DNA from: an uncultured Enterobacterales bacterium | GTDB lineage: Bacteria > Myxococcota_A > UBA796 | NCBI GenBank assembly: GCA_964554315.1 | Contig: CAZKOI010000004.1 | Coordinates: forward strand, 1 to 40,887 | DNA length: 40,887 nt | Direction: 5' to 3' | Translations under genes and position numbers: made by a program | In this document: positions 9,129 through 19,419 of the stretch, in pieces | How the letters are laid out: each line of letters begins with the position of its first letter | Numbering within the stretch: position 1 is the stretch's first letter | The notes under the pieces: model-generated | The model's input: the letters and a program-made list of their open reading frames with translations, nothing else | The model's database searches: none | What the model was told of the DNA's origin: nothing

Positions 9129-10124
9129 TCAGATGTCGAAGCGGGCGGACATCGAGGCCGCAAAGGGCTCGCCCACCCCGGCACCGGTCAGGAAGAACGG
9201 ACCGTCCATCACCTTGTCTGGACTGATGGTGAAGTCGATGTCGACCCCTTCGAAGTCAATCGATGCGCCAAAGGCTGGCGTCACTGGAGCCGTCATGATG
9301 TCGAACTCTTCATCTCCCATCGGGACATTGGCATCCAGAGCAGAGACCACCGAACCGCGAAGACCAAACCAGTCGTTGATGGCGAACTCTCCAGCGATGT
9401 TGATCTGAGCCAGCGTCAGATCGATCGCCATGTCGCCCTCCTCGGGCTTCGTGATGCCCGCGCGCGGTCCGAGCGTCACGGCAGCACGCGAGCGATCGGT
9501 CTTGAAGCGCCAGCCCATGTCATAGGCACCATCGATGATGATGTTCTTTCCTTGGTAAGCAAGGTTTGCACCGTAGGCGGTGACCTCCGACTTGGTGAGA
9601 TCACGGCTTTGAATGTAGGCCGTGATGTCCGTGTTGTCTTCGCCCTTGGTGAATGCTCCACCGTAGGCCATGTCCGACTTTCCGCTGGTGATGCCGTATC
9701 CACCGCCCACCGTGACATTGTCCTTGTTGATCGCACGGAGCATGACCATGTAGCCCGTGTCGCCGTCGGCCGCGTAGTAGCTCATGTCCGAGCTACCCGC
9801 CGTGTTCTGCTCGATACGCATCGACCGACCATCGGCCTTGTACGTGGCGGAGAGCACACCCCCTTGCGGACCGATCGCCGCTGGCGCAGCTGCAGGGTCT
9901 GCAGGATCTGCAGGATCGCCCGCCCCCGCTTCAGGCACGGCCGCCTGTCCTTCAGCGATGTCGAACCACATGCTCGCCTTACCGTTGTCTGTGCGCGCGA
10001 AGTACCGTCGATAGTCGGTCTCATCGGTCAGGCCCGCATTGGATTGGAAGGCATTGACGCGTGCGTCCGTTGCGAAGGCTTGGGTCGAAAACAGCGCGAT
10101 GGCTGCGATGGAAAACTTGTACAT
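9129..10124 (-). CDS. Exported, probable outer-membrane beta-barrel protein of unknown family
   Basis: Signal peptide MYKFSIAAIALFSTQAFA with GGAG SD; amphipathic beta-strand pattern; C-terminal SMSARFDI; DPADPADPA insert. Confidence 0.65.
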   Translation of the reverse strand: MYKFSIAAIALFSTQAFATDARVNAFQSNAGLTDETDYRRYFARTDNGKASMWFDIAEGQAAVPEAGAGDPADPADPAAAPAAIGPQGGVLSATYKADGRSMRIEQNTAGSSDMSYYAADGDTGYMVMLRAINKDNVTVGGGYGITSGKSDMAYGGAFTKGEDNTDITAYIQSRDLTKSEVTAYGANLAYQGKNIIIDGAYDMGWRFKTDRSRAAVTLGPRAGITKPEEGDMAIDLTLAQINIAGEFAINDWFGLRGSVVSALDANVPMGDEEFDIMTAPVTPAFGASIDFEGVDIDFTISPDKVMDGPFFLTGAGVGEPFAASMSARFDI

Positions 10125-10205
10125 TGGACACTCCATGGGCAATGTCAGGTTGGCTCGAGGTGATCGAGCGAGGGCACCAGCAAGCTTGCTGTGCTGACAC
10201 CTCAA

Positions 10206-10221
10206 TGCACGTTTTGTGCCA
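10206..10221 (-). promoter_or_regulatory. Sigma54 (-24/-12) promoter for the outer-membrane protein gene
   Basis: Minus strand TGGCACAAAACGTGCA: exact GG-N10-GC spacing, ~80 nt before the ATG. Confidence 0.65.
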
Positions 10222-10255
10222 CCCTAGCCAAAAGGTTGACGCGCCAACACTTGTG

Positions 10256-10270
10256 CTAGAAACCTTCTAG
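10256..10270. promoter_or_regulatory. Palindromic candidate regulator-binding site
   Basis: CTAGAA-ACC-TTCTAG perfect inverted repeat upstream of the sigma54 element. Confidence 0.35.
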
Positions 10271-10405
10271 ACATTGCCACCCCTTTTGCGCATCAATAGA
10301 GCAGAAGGTGCGTAGGGCGGTTCGCACCTGTTAATCCTTCGACACCGCCCGGAGAGGTGTAAGACATTCATCATTGACCCACCGTTCCTGTTCACTGCAG
10401 GCGCC

Positions 10406-10915
10406 GTGATTGCGCTGGCTTCACGCCGGCAGATCGTGGCGAAGACACCGAATCTCTTAGGGGCCAGTGCAGCCGCGGCCCTTGGCTTCGCCGTGTTTTT
10501 TTGGATCTCCGTGACCTGGTTTGTCTTTCAGGCGCCCGACTGGATGCTCAGCTACACCATTCCGTCCAACCAGCTGCCCATGGTCGGCGTGCACGCCTTG
10601 TTTCTGCTCGGCCTCCTCCTGTCCTCGATGAGCGGCCATGTGCTCACCGCCGTCTTCATCCAGCGGGGCCAAACCAAGCTCGCGGTCGCGACGCTGGCAT
10701 CCGGAATGGTGTGCTGGCTAGGCCTATGGCTGCTTACCTTGGACCGCTACATGGTGGTGGGCACCTATGATGAGTTCGCCGCCGGTGCAGCAACGCCGCT
10801 CGTCGAGTCCACGATCTCCGGTGCGATGAACTTCGCCGGAGTCGCCCAGGGCCTTGTCGGCTTCGGGCTGGTGGGGGCCTGCTACACACACGGAAAGAGA
10901 CTGAGGGCACGCTGA
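10406..10915 (+). CDS. Hypothetical multi-pass membrane protein (true start possibly ~10370)
   Basis: Four to five hydrophobic segments; TGATG overlap with the ALDH; frame is open upstream to 10316. Confidence 0.75.
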   Translation: MIALASRRQIVAKTPNLLGASAAAALGFAVFFWISVTWFVFQAPDWMLSYTIPSNQLPMVGVHALFLLGLLLSSMSGHVLTAVFIQRGQTKLAVATLASGMVCWLGLWLLTLDRYMVVGTYDEFAAGAATPLVESTISGAMNFAGVAQGLVGFGLVGACYTHGKRLRAR

Positions 10916-12429
10916 TGTCATCCTTACCTGTCATTGATCCTCGAACGGGCGAAACCACCGGCCAGATCGAAACGACCCCCGTCGAGACCATTCGAGAACG
11001 CCAAGCACGTGCCCGAGAGGCACAGACCGCATGGATGGACCTTCCGCTCGCCGACCGTAAGACTGCGGTGGCGGCGCTTCATCAAGGCTTCCTCGCCCAG
11101 GCTGACGCGATCGCCGAGGCCCTTCTCGAAGACTGCGGTCGGCCTGCTGGGGAGGCATGGACCGCCGAGATCGTGGCCAACCACGAGCTGTTCGGATGGT
11201 GGCTTGGCCACATCGACGACTTGCTCACGGCCACCCCGGTCGACCTCAACCCTATCAACTACCCGGGCAAGACCGGGCGGGTTCGACTCGATCCGAAGGG
11301 CGTGGTCGGCTTGATCACACCCTGGAACCTCCCCGTTGCCATTCCCCTTCGTACCATCATACCCGCCGTTCTGGCCGGTAATGCTGTGGTGTGGAAACCC
11401 TCCGAGCACGCCCCTCGGACTGCAGAACTGCTCGCCAAGCTCTTTGCTGCACACCTCCCTGAGGGGCTGATTCAGCCCGTCATCGGTGCGGCAGACCAGG
11501 GCGCTGCGGTCGTGACCGCCGGCGTCGACATCGTCTTCTTTACGGGCAGCGTGGCGACAGGCCGAAAGGTCCAAGTGATGGCCGCTGAGCAGGGCATTCC
11601 ATGCACTCTGGAGCTTGGCGGTAAAGACGCGGCCGTTGTGCTAGCGGACGCCGACATCAACCGAGCCGCGGATGGCATCACCTGGGCGGCCTACGCCTTC
11701 GCGGGCCAAAACTGCGCTGCAGTTGAGCGGTGCTATGTTCACAATTCGGTCCTCAGCGCCTTCATTGAGGCCGCTAAGACCCGAACCAAGCGACTCCGCC
11801 AAGGCGAGGATGTCGGACCTCTGGTGACCGAGGCCCAGCTTCGAACCGTTCAGCGGCACGTCGAAGATGCCATGCAGCGCGGCGCGACCGTCGTGTGTGG
11901 GGCCGATGCCGGCGGGCCCGGGTTTTATTATGCACCGACACTGCTGACTCATGTCCCAGAGGACGCCTTGGTGCTCAATGAAGAAACCTTCGGCCCCGTC
12001 CTCCCTGTCGTGGGTTTTGACGCGCTTGAGGACCTACCCGATCTCGTGAATCGTACCGCGTACGGCCTGACGACTTCGATCTGGACGAGCGATGTTGAGC
12101 TGGGCGAGGCGCTCAGTGAGCAGTTCGACTGCGGTGTGGTCACGATCAACAACCACAGCTTCTCTGGCGCCCTCGCCTCCGCCGCATGGGGAGGTACAAA
12201 GGATACGGGTCATGGCGTCACCAATTCACGGTTTGCTCTGTACGAGATGACCCGGCCGCGAACCATCATTGCGGACCGATCACGGCAGCGCGAGATGTGG
12301 TGGTATCCCTACAATGACGCCCTGCTGAAGGTGACCCAAGGTCTGGTTGAAGTGTCGCGTTCTGGTGGGAATCGGTTACCCGCACTGGGTCAAGTCGTCG
12401 CCGGTCTGGTGCGACGCTGGAAGGAATGA
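10915..12429 (+). CDS. Aldehyde dehydrogenase family protein
   Basis: ITPWNLP, WKPSE, FTGSVATG, LELGGKD (Glu), AGQNC (Cys), EETFGP; C-terminal EMWWYPY extension. Confidence 0.93.
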   Translation: MSSLPVIDPRTGETTGQIETTPVETIRERQARAREAQTAWMDLPLADRKTAVAALHQGFLAQADAIAEALLEDCGRPAGEAWTAEIVANHELFGWWLGHIDDLLTATPVDLNPINYPGKTGRVRLDPKGVVGLITPWNLPVAIPLRTIIPAVLAGNAVVWKPSEHAPRTAELLAKLFAAHLPEGLIQPVIGAADQGAAVVTAGVDIVFFTGSVATGRKVQVMAAEQGIPCTLELGGKDAAVVLADADINRAADGITWAAYAFAGQNCAAVERCYVHNSVLSAFIEAAKTRTKRLRQGEDVGPLVTEAQLRTVQRHVEDAMQRGATVVCGADAGGPGFYYAPTLLTHVPEDALVLNEETFGPVLPVVGFDALEDLPDLVNRTAYGLTTSIWTSDVELGEALSEQFDCGVVTINNHSFSGALASAAWGGTKDTGHGVTNSRFALYEMTRPRTIIADRSRQREMWWYPYNDALLKVTQGLVEVSRSGGNRLPALGQVVAGLVRRWKE

Positions 12430-13193
12430 ACGTGAGCCGTCGACCCCGCCCCCCTCGTTTTCTTGGTTTAGATCTTGCCTGGGCCCCGCGCCACTCCTCC
12501 GGGGGTGCGATCATGGAGCTGCATGAAGACGGCCTCAAGCTCGTCTCCAGCTGCTCGCTGCGAGCTCACGAAGACATCCTGTCCTGGATCGCGAGAAATC
12601 GTGGACGTGACGGCGTCACCGTGGCCGTCAACGCGCCCATCATTGTCGACAACATGGGCGGCCAGCGCCCCTGTGATGCCCAACTGCATGAGCACTTCTC
12701 TCGGCACAAAGTCGACGAGTATCAAGTGAACCTCGTGAACGCGTCGCACCCCCGAACCATCGGGCGAGCACTGATGCGAATGGGCTTCGATCCTGACCCG
12801 TCTGCGACCGGCGACAGGGTCATCGAGACCTACAATCAAGCCACGCAGGTGCTGCTCTTTGGTGTTGAGCGACCCGTACGCCTTAAGGTCGGGCCTGTCG
12901 GCGCACGCAAGGACGCGGTCGCGCGCTACCGAGAAAACATCGACACCATGCTCACGGACTCGTACCCCTCCATGGTCGACAGCCCCGCCCTGGACGAGTT
13001 GATTGAGGCGGACCTGCCTAACTGCAACGGCAGCCGTGTCGGCGAGCTTGAGGAGCGACTTGAGGCCGTACTCTGCGCCTACACAGCGGCATACCTCAAT
13101 GTGCGGGGCCCCGAAGACTGCGCCTTCTTGGGCGACCTCGATCGAGGCTACGTCTTGCTCCCAACAACCCGGGCCGCTCCCGTCGAGGCCTAG
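12426..13193 (+). CDS. DUF429-like protein (predicted RNase H-fold)
   Basis: FLGLDLAW, VAVNAPIIVDN..GQRPCD, IETY, EAVLCAYTA, GDLDRGYV motifs. Confidence 0.75.
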   Translation: MNVSRRPRPPRFLGLDLAWAPRHSSGGAIMELHEDGLKLVSSCSLRAHEDILSWIARNRGRDGVTVAVNAPIIVDNMGGQRPCDAQLHEHFSRHKVDEYQVNLVNASHPRTIGRALMRMGFDPDPSATGDRVIETYNQATQVLLFGVERPVRLKVGPVGARKDAVARYRENIDTMLTDSYPSMVDSPALDELIEADLPNCNGSRVGELEERLEAVLCAYTAAYLNVRGPEDCAFLGDLDRGYVLLPTTRAAPVEA

Positions 13194-13283
13194 TCTCGGC
13201 GCGACCGTCGCCGCGACCGTTCAATCCTGCTGGCTTCCCGTACTGCGCTGGGATAGCCGCCCATCCTGTATTGGGGGACGATC

Positions 13284-15824
13284 GTGAGCAACCACTTCTT
13301 GACCGACAAGTCGCTTTCGCTCGAGGCGGCCTTCTTCGGCTATGCCGTCGATAAGGCCCCGAGCTTTGCCGAGCCCGGAGTCGAGGCACACTACGCGCCG
13401 GATGTGGGTTTTCGCCTGAAGCACATCGACCTTCGTCTCACCATCGACCCGACCGCCGGAACACTCTCAGGCGAGGCCCGCCTTGAGATCTTGCCGCTGA
13501 GGACGGGCTTGGGGGAGGTCGTCCTCGACTTCGACGATATGACCATCGACCAGGTCGTGAATGAGGAAGGCGCATCGCTGGAGTGGCACGCGGAAGACGG
13601 GCGACTGACGCTCCATGGCGTCGCCAAAGCCGGAGAGACGATCGCCATTTCCTGGCACGGCAAGCCTGCTCGCGGTCTGTACTTCACCGGTCCAACCGAG
13701 GCGGAACCTGAGCGCCCCCACATGGCTTGGTCTCAGTGCCAAGATGAAGATGCGCACTTCTTCTTTCCCTGCATCGACCACCCGTCGGTCAAGTGCACGT
13801 GGACGATGGCATTCACCATCCCCGGCGGCATGCAAGCCATCGGTAACGGGCGATTCGAGGGCCAGGAGGGCAACACTTGGCGATGGAGCCAGGCGGAGCC
13901 CATGCCGGCCTACCTCTTCACAGTCTGCGTGGGCGACTTCGCCGTCTATACCGACGAGAGCGATCGCGTACCGGTGCGCTACTTGGCCCCCAAGGGGGTC
14001 TCCGATGAAGACTTCAAGCGCATCTTTGGAAAGACGCCGCGCATGATCGCCTTCTTCGAGGAGCGCTACGGACACCCTTACCCTTGGCCTCGGTACGACC
14101 AAGTGGTCGTTCATGACTTCATCTTCGGTGGCATGGAGAACGTGGCGTCGACCACCCTGACCGATCTCTGTCTCACCGACGAGCGCGCAGCCATCGACTG
14201 GGATGCCGAGGACCTGATCGCCCATGAGCTTGCTCACCAGTGGTTCGGCGATCTCCTGACCTGCCAAGACTGGTCTCAAGGCTACCTCAACGAGGCCTGG
14301 GCGACCTACTCCGAGGTGCTCTGGAAGACCCATGACCTCGGCGTGGACGAGGCCACGTATCACCTCTTCGGCGATCTCAAGAACTACCTCGCGGAGTGCG
14401 CCAGTCGCTACAAGCGGCCCATTGTGACCTACCACTTCCGCGAGCCGATCGATGTGTTCGACAGACATCTGTACGAGAAAGGCGCGCTGGTGGTGCACAC
14501 CCTCCGTACCTTCCTCGGCGACGAAGCATTCTGGGCCGGTGTCGAAGACTACCTCCACACCAATGCCCACACGACTGTCCACTCCCGGGACTTCCAGGTC
14601 GCGATGGAGAGGGCCTCTGGGCGGAATCTTGACGGCTTCTTCAACGACTGGGTGATGAGCGCGGGCCACCCCGTGCTCACGGTGAAGATTGGCCACAGCA
14701 AAGGTCTGCTGAAGATCACCCTCACCCAGAAGCAAACGGGCGACGGTGTCCCGAACGTCTACCACTTTCCGCTGGCCTTCAAGGTGGTCACGAAGGAGGG
14801 AACTCGGGACTTTACGCTTCCCGTCGGAGAGCGAACACAGACCTGGTCAATACCGCTCGACACATCACCCGATCGCGTGGAGATTGATCCAGGGTTTCGC
14901 GTCTTGGCGAACATGAGTGTCGAAGGGTCCACGAAGCTGCTGAAGGCCTCACTTCAGGGCGATGGGTGCGTCGTCGGACGGATACGTGCGGCAAAAGCGC
15001 TGGCTAAAGATGCCTCTCCTGCGGCGCTTGATGCCCTTGCGGAGGCGCTGCAGCAGGAGCCCTTCTGGGGGGTCCGGGCCGAGATCGCCGCGCTGCTCGG
15101 CAAGAACGGCACCGACGCCGCGCGGGCAGCCCTCCTCGCCGGTCTCTCAGATGACCACCCGAAGGCGCGAGGGCCGATCGTCAGCGCGCTGGGCGAGCTG
15201 CCCTCTCACCCCGACATCATTGCCGCGCTGATGACCATCGCGACCCAGGGCGATCCTTCGCTCCAGGTCGAGGGTGGCGCCGTGCGCGCACTCGGGAAGC
15301 TGCGGGCCCCTGGAGTGATCGACCTTGCACTCGCCGTCGCCGAGCGGCCCTCATGGGGCGCGGTACTGACCTGCCGAGCCCTCGAAGCGATGTCATTCAC
15401 GAAGGATCCTGCGGTACTGCCACACATCCTCCGATGGACCGAGAACGACAAACCTGAGCGAGCCCGCTGTACCGCCGCCGCCGCCCTCGGACGGCTCGCT
15501 CGAGAGGTCGAGGCCGTTCATGATGCTGCGATTGACCGCCTCATCGAGCTGGTCAAGACAGGAGGCTTTCGCATTAAGTACACCGCGGTCTCGACGCTGG
15601 GATCGTCCGGCAGCACGCGCGCGCTCGGCACCCTCCGGTCCATCCACGAAGGCCAGTCCGACGCACGGGTTCGCCGAGGGGCGTACGAGGCGATTCAACG
15701 AATCAATAAGACCAACAAGCAGGGCGGCGATGTCGGACAACTTCGCCGGGACGTTGACGCCCTCGTGAAGGACAACCAGAAGCTGCAAAGTCGCATCGAC
15801 AACCTGGAGCGCATGAGCGACTGA
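13284..15824 (+). CDS. pepN: M1 family aminopeptidase with C-terminal HEAT repeats and coiled coil
   Basis: GGMEN, HELAHQWFGD...LNEAWATY zinc motif, YEKG; HEAT-like repeats and terminal coiled coil. Confidence 0.92.
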   Translation: MSNHFLTDKSLSLEAAFFGYAVDKAPSFAEPGVEAHYAPDVGFRLKHIDLRLTIDPTAGTLSGEARLEILPLRTGLGEVVLDFDDMTIDQVVNEEGASLEWHAEDGRLTLHGVAKAGETIAISWHGKPARGLYFTGPTEAEPERPHMAWSQCQDEDAHFFFPCIDHPSVKCTWTMAFTIPGGMQAIGNGRFEGQEGNTWRWSQAEPMPAYLFTVCVGDFAVYTDESDRVPVRYLAPKGVSDEDFKRIFGKTPRMIAFFEERYGHPYPWPRYDQVVVHDFIFGGMENVASTTLTDLCLTDERAAIDWDAEDLIAHELAHQWFGDLLTCQDWSQGYLNEAWATYSEVLWKTHDLGVDEATYHLFGDLKNYLAECASRYKRPIVTYHFREPIDVFDRHLYEKGALVVHTLRTFLGDEAFWAGVEDYLHTNAHTTVHSRDFQVAMERASGRNLDGFFNDWVMSAGHPVLTVKIGHSKGLLKITLTQKQTGDGVPNVYHFPLAFKVVTKEGTRDFTLPVGERTQTWSIPLDTSPDRVEIDPGFRVLANMSVEGSTKLLKASLQGDGCVVGRIRAAKALAKDASPAALDALAEALQQEPFWGVRAEIAALLGKNGTDAARAALLAGLSDDHPKARGPIVSALGELPSHPDIIAALMTIATQGDPSLQVEGGAVRALGKLRAPGVIDLALAVAERPSWGAVLTCRALEAMSFTKDPAVLPHILRWTENDKPERARCTAAAALGRLAREVEAVHDAAIDRLIELVKTGGFRIKYTAVSTLGSSGSTRALGTLRSIHEGQSDARVRRGAYEAIQRINKTNKQGGDVGQLRRDVDALVKDNQKLQSRIDNLERMSD

Positions 15825-15850
15825 CGGTACACTCCCTCATCGGAGGGTGA

Positions 15851-16873
15851 GTGGCGCGTGTAGTGGTCGATGCAGTGGGCGGCGACGGGGGTCTCGACGT
15901 CGTCTTGGACGGCGTGTGCCAGCTGAGCCTCGAAGAGAGCGACATCCAAGTGCTGCTGGTGGGCGATGCTGACGCCATTTCTGCGGGCCTCACCACCCGT
16001 CGACACAACCCTGCTCGGGTCATGATTCAGCACGCCGGCCCCGCGATCGCCATGGACCAAGACCCTAGGGAGGCGCTCGAACAGTCACCCGAGGCATCCA
16101 TCTTGGTCGCCATGCGTGCCCTTGCCGAGGGACGAGCAGATGCCTTGGTCAGCGCGGGCCACACGGGTGCAACCGTCCTCGCGGCCAGCCAGCTCCTCCC
16201 TCGACTCCCTGGAATTCGGAGGGCCGCGCTGGCCGCAGTACACCCTACGGAGGGGCGCCATGGACCCCGAGACGATCCTTTCTCTCTCATCCTGGATGTG
16301 GGTGCGACCTTATCGGCGACGGAGGAGGACCTGATCAACTTCGCCATCATGGGCTCGGCGTATGCCAGCGTCATCTCTGAAAACCCCCACCCCTCGGTCG
16401 CCCTGCTCTCCAACGGCTCAGAGCCCAACAAGGGCACACCCGCTATTAAGGCGGCCCATCGCTCGCTTTCGGCGCATCCCGCCATCAATTTTGTCGGCAA
16501 TGTCGAGGGCCTCGACCTCCCGCGAGGTACCGCAGATGTGGTCGTTTGTGACGGCTTCTTAGGCAACGTGGTTCTAAAGATGCTCGAAGGCGTGACCGAG
16601 GTGGTGACGGATCTGGCGCGAGACGCGTATGCTCGAAAGTTCTTGTGGCGGCTGGGACTAACGATGCTCTCACAGGGCCTGCGCCAGCTTCGAACCATGA
16701 CCGACTGGAAGCAATACGGTGGCGCCCCTCTGCTGGGATTCGATGGTGTGATCATCAAGGCCCACGGACGATCAAATTCTCGAGCCATCCGAAACGCAAT
16801 AAAGGTGGCAGCCAAAGCTCATGATCGAGGTCTCTCCGAGGAAATTCGAAGAGGCATCGAAGCCCACGGCTGA
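15851..16873 (+). CDS. plsX: Phosphate acyltransferase PlsX
   Basis: VDAVGGD, SAGHTGA, LDVGA, NGSEPNKG, FVGNVEG, DVVVCDGFLGNVVLK..EG, YGGAPLLG..G.IIKAHGRS. Confidence 0.92.
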   Translation: MARVVVDAVGGDGGLDVVLDGVCQLSLEESDIQVLLVGDADAISAGLTTRRHNPARVMIQHAGPAIAMDQDPREALEQSPEASILVAMRALAEGRADALVSAGHTGATVLAASQLLPRLPGIRRAALAAVHPTEGRHGPRDDPFSLILDVGATLSATEEDLINFAIMGSAYASVISENPHPSVALLSNGSEPNKGTPAIKAAHRSLSAHPAINFVGNVEGLDLPRGTADVVVCDGFLGNVVLKMLEGVTEVVTDLARDAYARKFLWRLGLTMLSQGLRQLRTMTDWKQYGGAPLLGFDGVIIKAHGRSNSRAIRNAIKVAAKAHDRGLSEEIRRGIEAHG

Positions 16874-16977
16874 CCTAAACTCCATTTGGGACACGGGTTC
16901 CTGTTCGGGAAGCAAATTTCCCTCTGCGAGTTCAGCCCTTGTCGGATATGGCAAACATCACCACCCGGAGCGAGGCT

Positions 16978-18141
16978 ATGAGCGACGACAAAGTGCTCTT
17001 CGAGATCACCGAACAACACCTCAATACAGGCCTTAGGCGATTCCCGGTCGGCCATGTCCGAACCAGCCGGGTCGACCCCGAGCAGGGTGTCTCCTATGTG
17101 GGCTATCCCATTGCTGATCTTGCCTCCCTTGACCCTGAAGCCGCCATCTACCTCCTGTACAACAAGGAGCTTCCCAGTGATGCCGAGCTTGCGGCGTTCA
17201 AGGCGGACATCGCCTCCCGTGCCGCCGTCGACCCCGCCGTCATCAACGTCCTCAAGAGCCTCCCGAAGGATGGCCACCCAATGGAGTGGCTCATTAACGG
17301 CCTGACCCTGCTCGGCATGACGGGAAAGACGGGGGACTTCTACCAAGATGGCCTCAACCTCGTCGCTCGGTCTGCAGAGCTGATCGCCAACATCTTCCGC
17401 ATTCGTTCGGGGTGGGGTGAGCCCATCCCCTCCGACCCGAGCCTTGGCCTCGTCGAGAACTTCGTTCACATGCTGGGTGTTCCCGGCGCCGACAACGATA
17501 AGCTCACTACGCTCTTGCGCACCTTCTACGTGCTTCACATGGACCACGGCGGCGGCAACCTCTCGACCTTCACGGGCAAAGCCGTCGCTTCCGGCCACGC
17601 GGACCAGTTCTCGAGCCTTGCCGCAGCGATGGCGGGGCTGTACGGACCACTCCATGGCCGCGCTAACCAAGAGTGCCTCAACTTCGTGAAGACCGTCGGC
17701 ACCACCGACCCCGACGAGATCGAGCAGTTTGTTCGCGACACCCTGGCCAGCGGCGGCAAGATTTTCGGATTCGGACACGCGGTGCTGCGGGCAGAGGATC
17801 CCCGCGCGACAGTGCAGTACGGACTGGGCCGAGAACTCTGCCCCGACGATCCTCTGTTCAAGACCGCGCTCGCCATGCGCGAGCGTGCGGTAAAGGTGCT
17901 GAAAGAGAACCCCAAGATCTCTAACCCTTACCCCAACGTCGACGCCGTCTCCGGTACGCTCTTGAACGCGAGCGGTTTGACCAACGCCGAGTACTACACC
18001 CTGCTGTTTGGCTTCGCCCGAATCGCGGGCATCACCGCCCAGATCGTGGACGAGCGCGTCCACATGCGTAATGGGCGAGGCGTACCGATCTATCGCTGCT
18101 CTTACGTCGCGGAGAACCAAGCTCCCCGCCGACTTCGCTGA
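16978..18141 (+). CDS. gltA: Citrate synthase, eukaryote-like type
   Basis: HMDHGGGNLS, GLYGPLHGRANQE, IFGFGHAVLRAEDPR, NPYPNVDAVSG; start placed at ATG 16978. Confidence 0.9.
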   Translation: MSDDKVLFEITEQHLNTGLRRFPVGHVRTSRVDPEQGVSYVGYPIADLASLDPEAAIYLLYNKELPSDAELAAFKADIASRAAVDPAVINVLKSLPKDGHPMEWLINGLTLLGMTGKTGDFYQDGLNLVARSAELIANIFRIRSGWGEPIPSDPSLGLVENFVHMLGVPGADNDKLTTLLRTFYVLHMDHGGGNLSTFTGKAVASGHADQFSSLAAAMAGLYGPLHGRANQECLNFVKTVGTTDPDEIEQFVRDTLASGGKIFGFGHAVLRAEDPRATVQYGLGRELCPDDPLFKTALAMRERAVKVLKENPKISNPYPNVDAVSGTLLNASGLTNAEYYTLLFGFARIAGITAQIVDERVHMRNGRGVPIYRCSYVAENQAPRRLR

Positions 18142-18177
18142 GCTCCTCTCCAACCACCCGAAACTCCGAGGACAGCC

Positions 18178-19416
<1,239 letters not shown>

Positions 19417-19419
19417 ACC

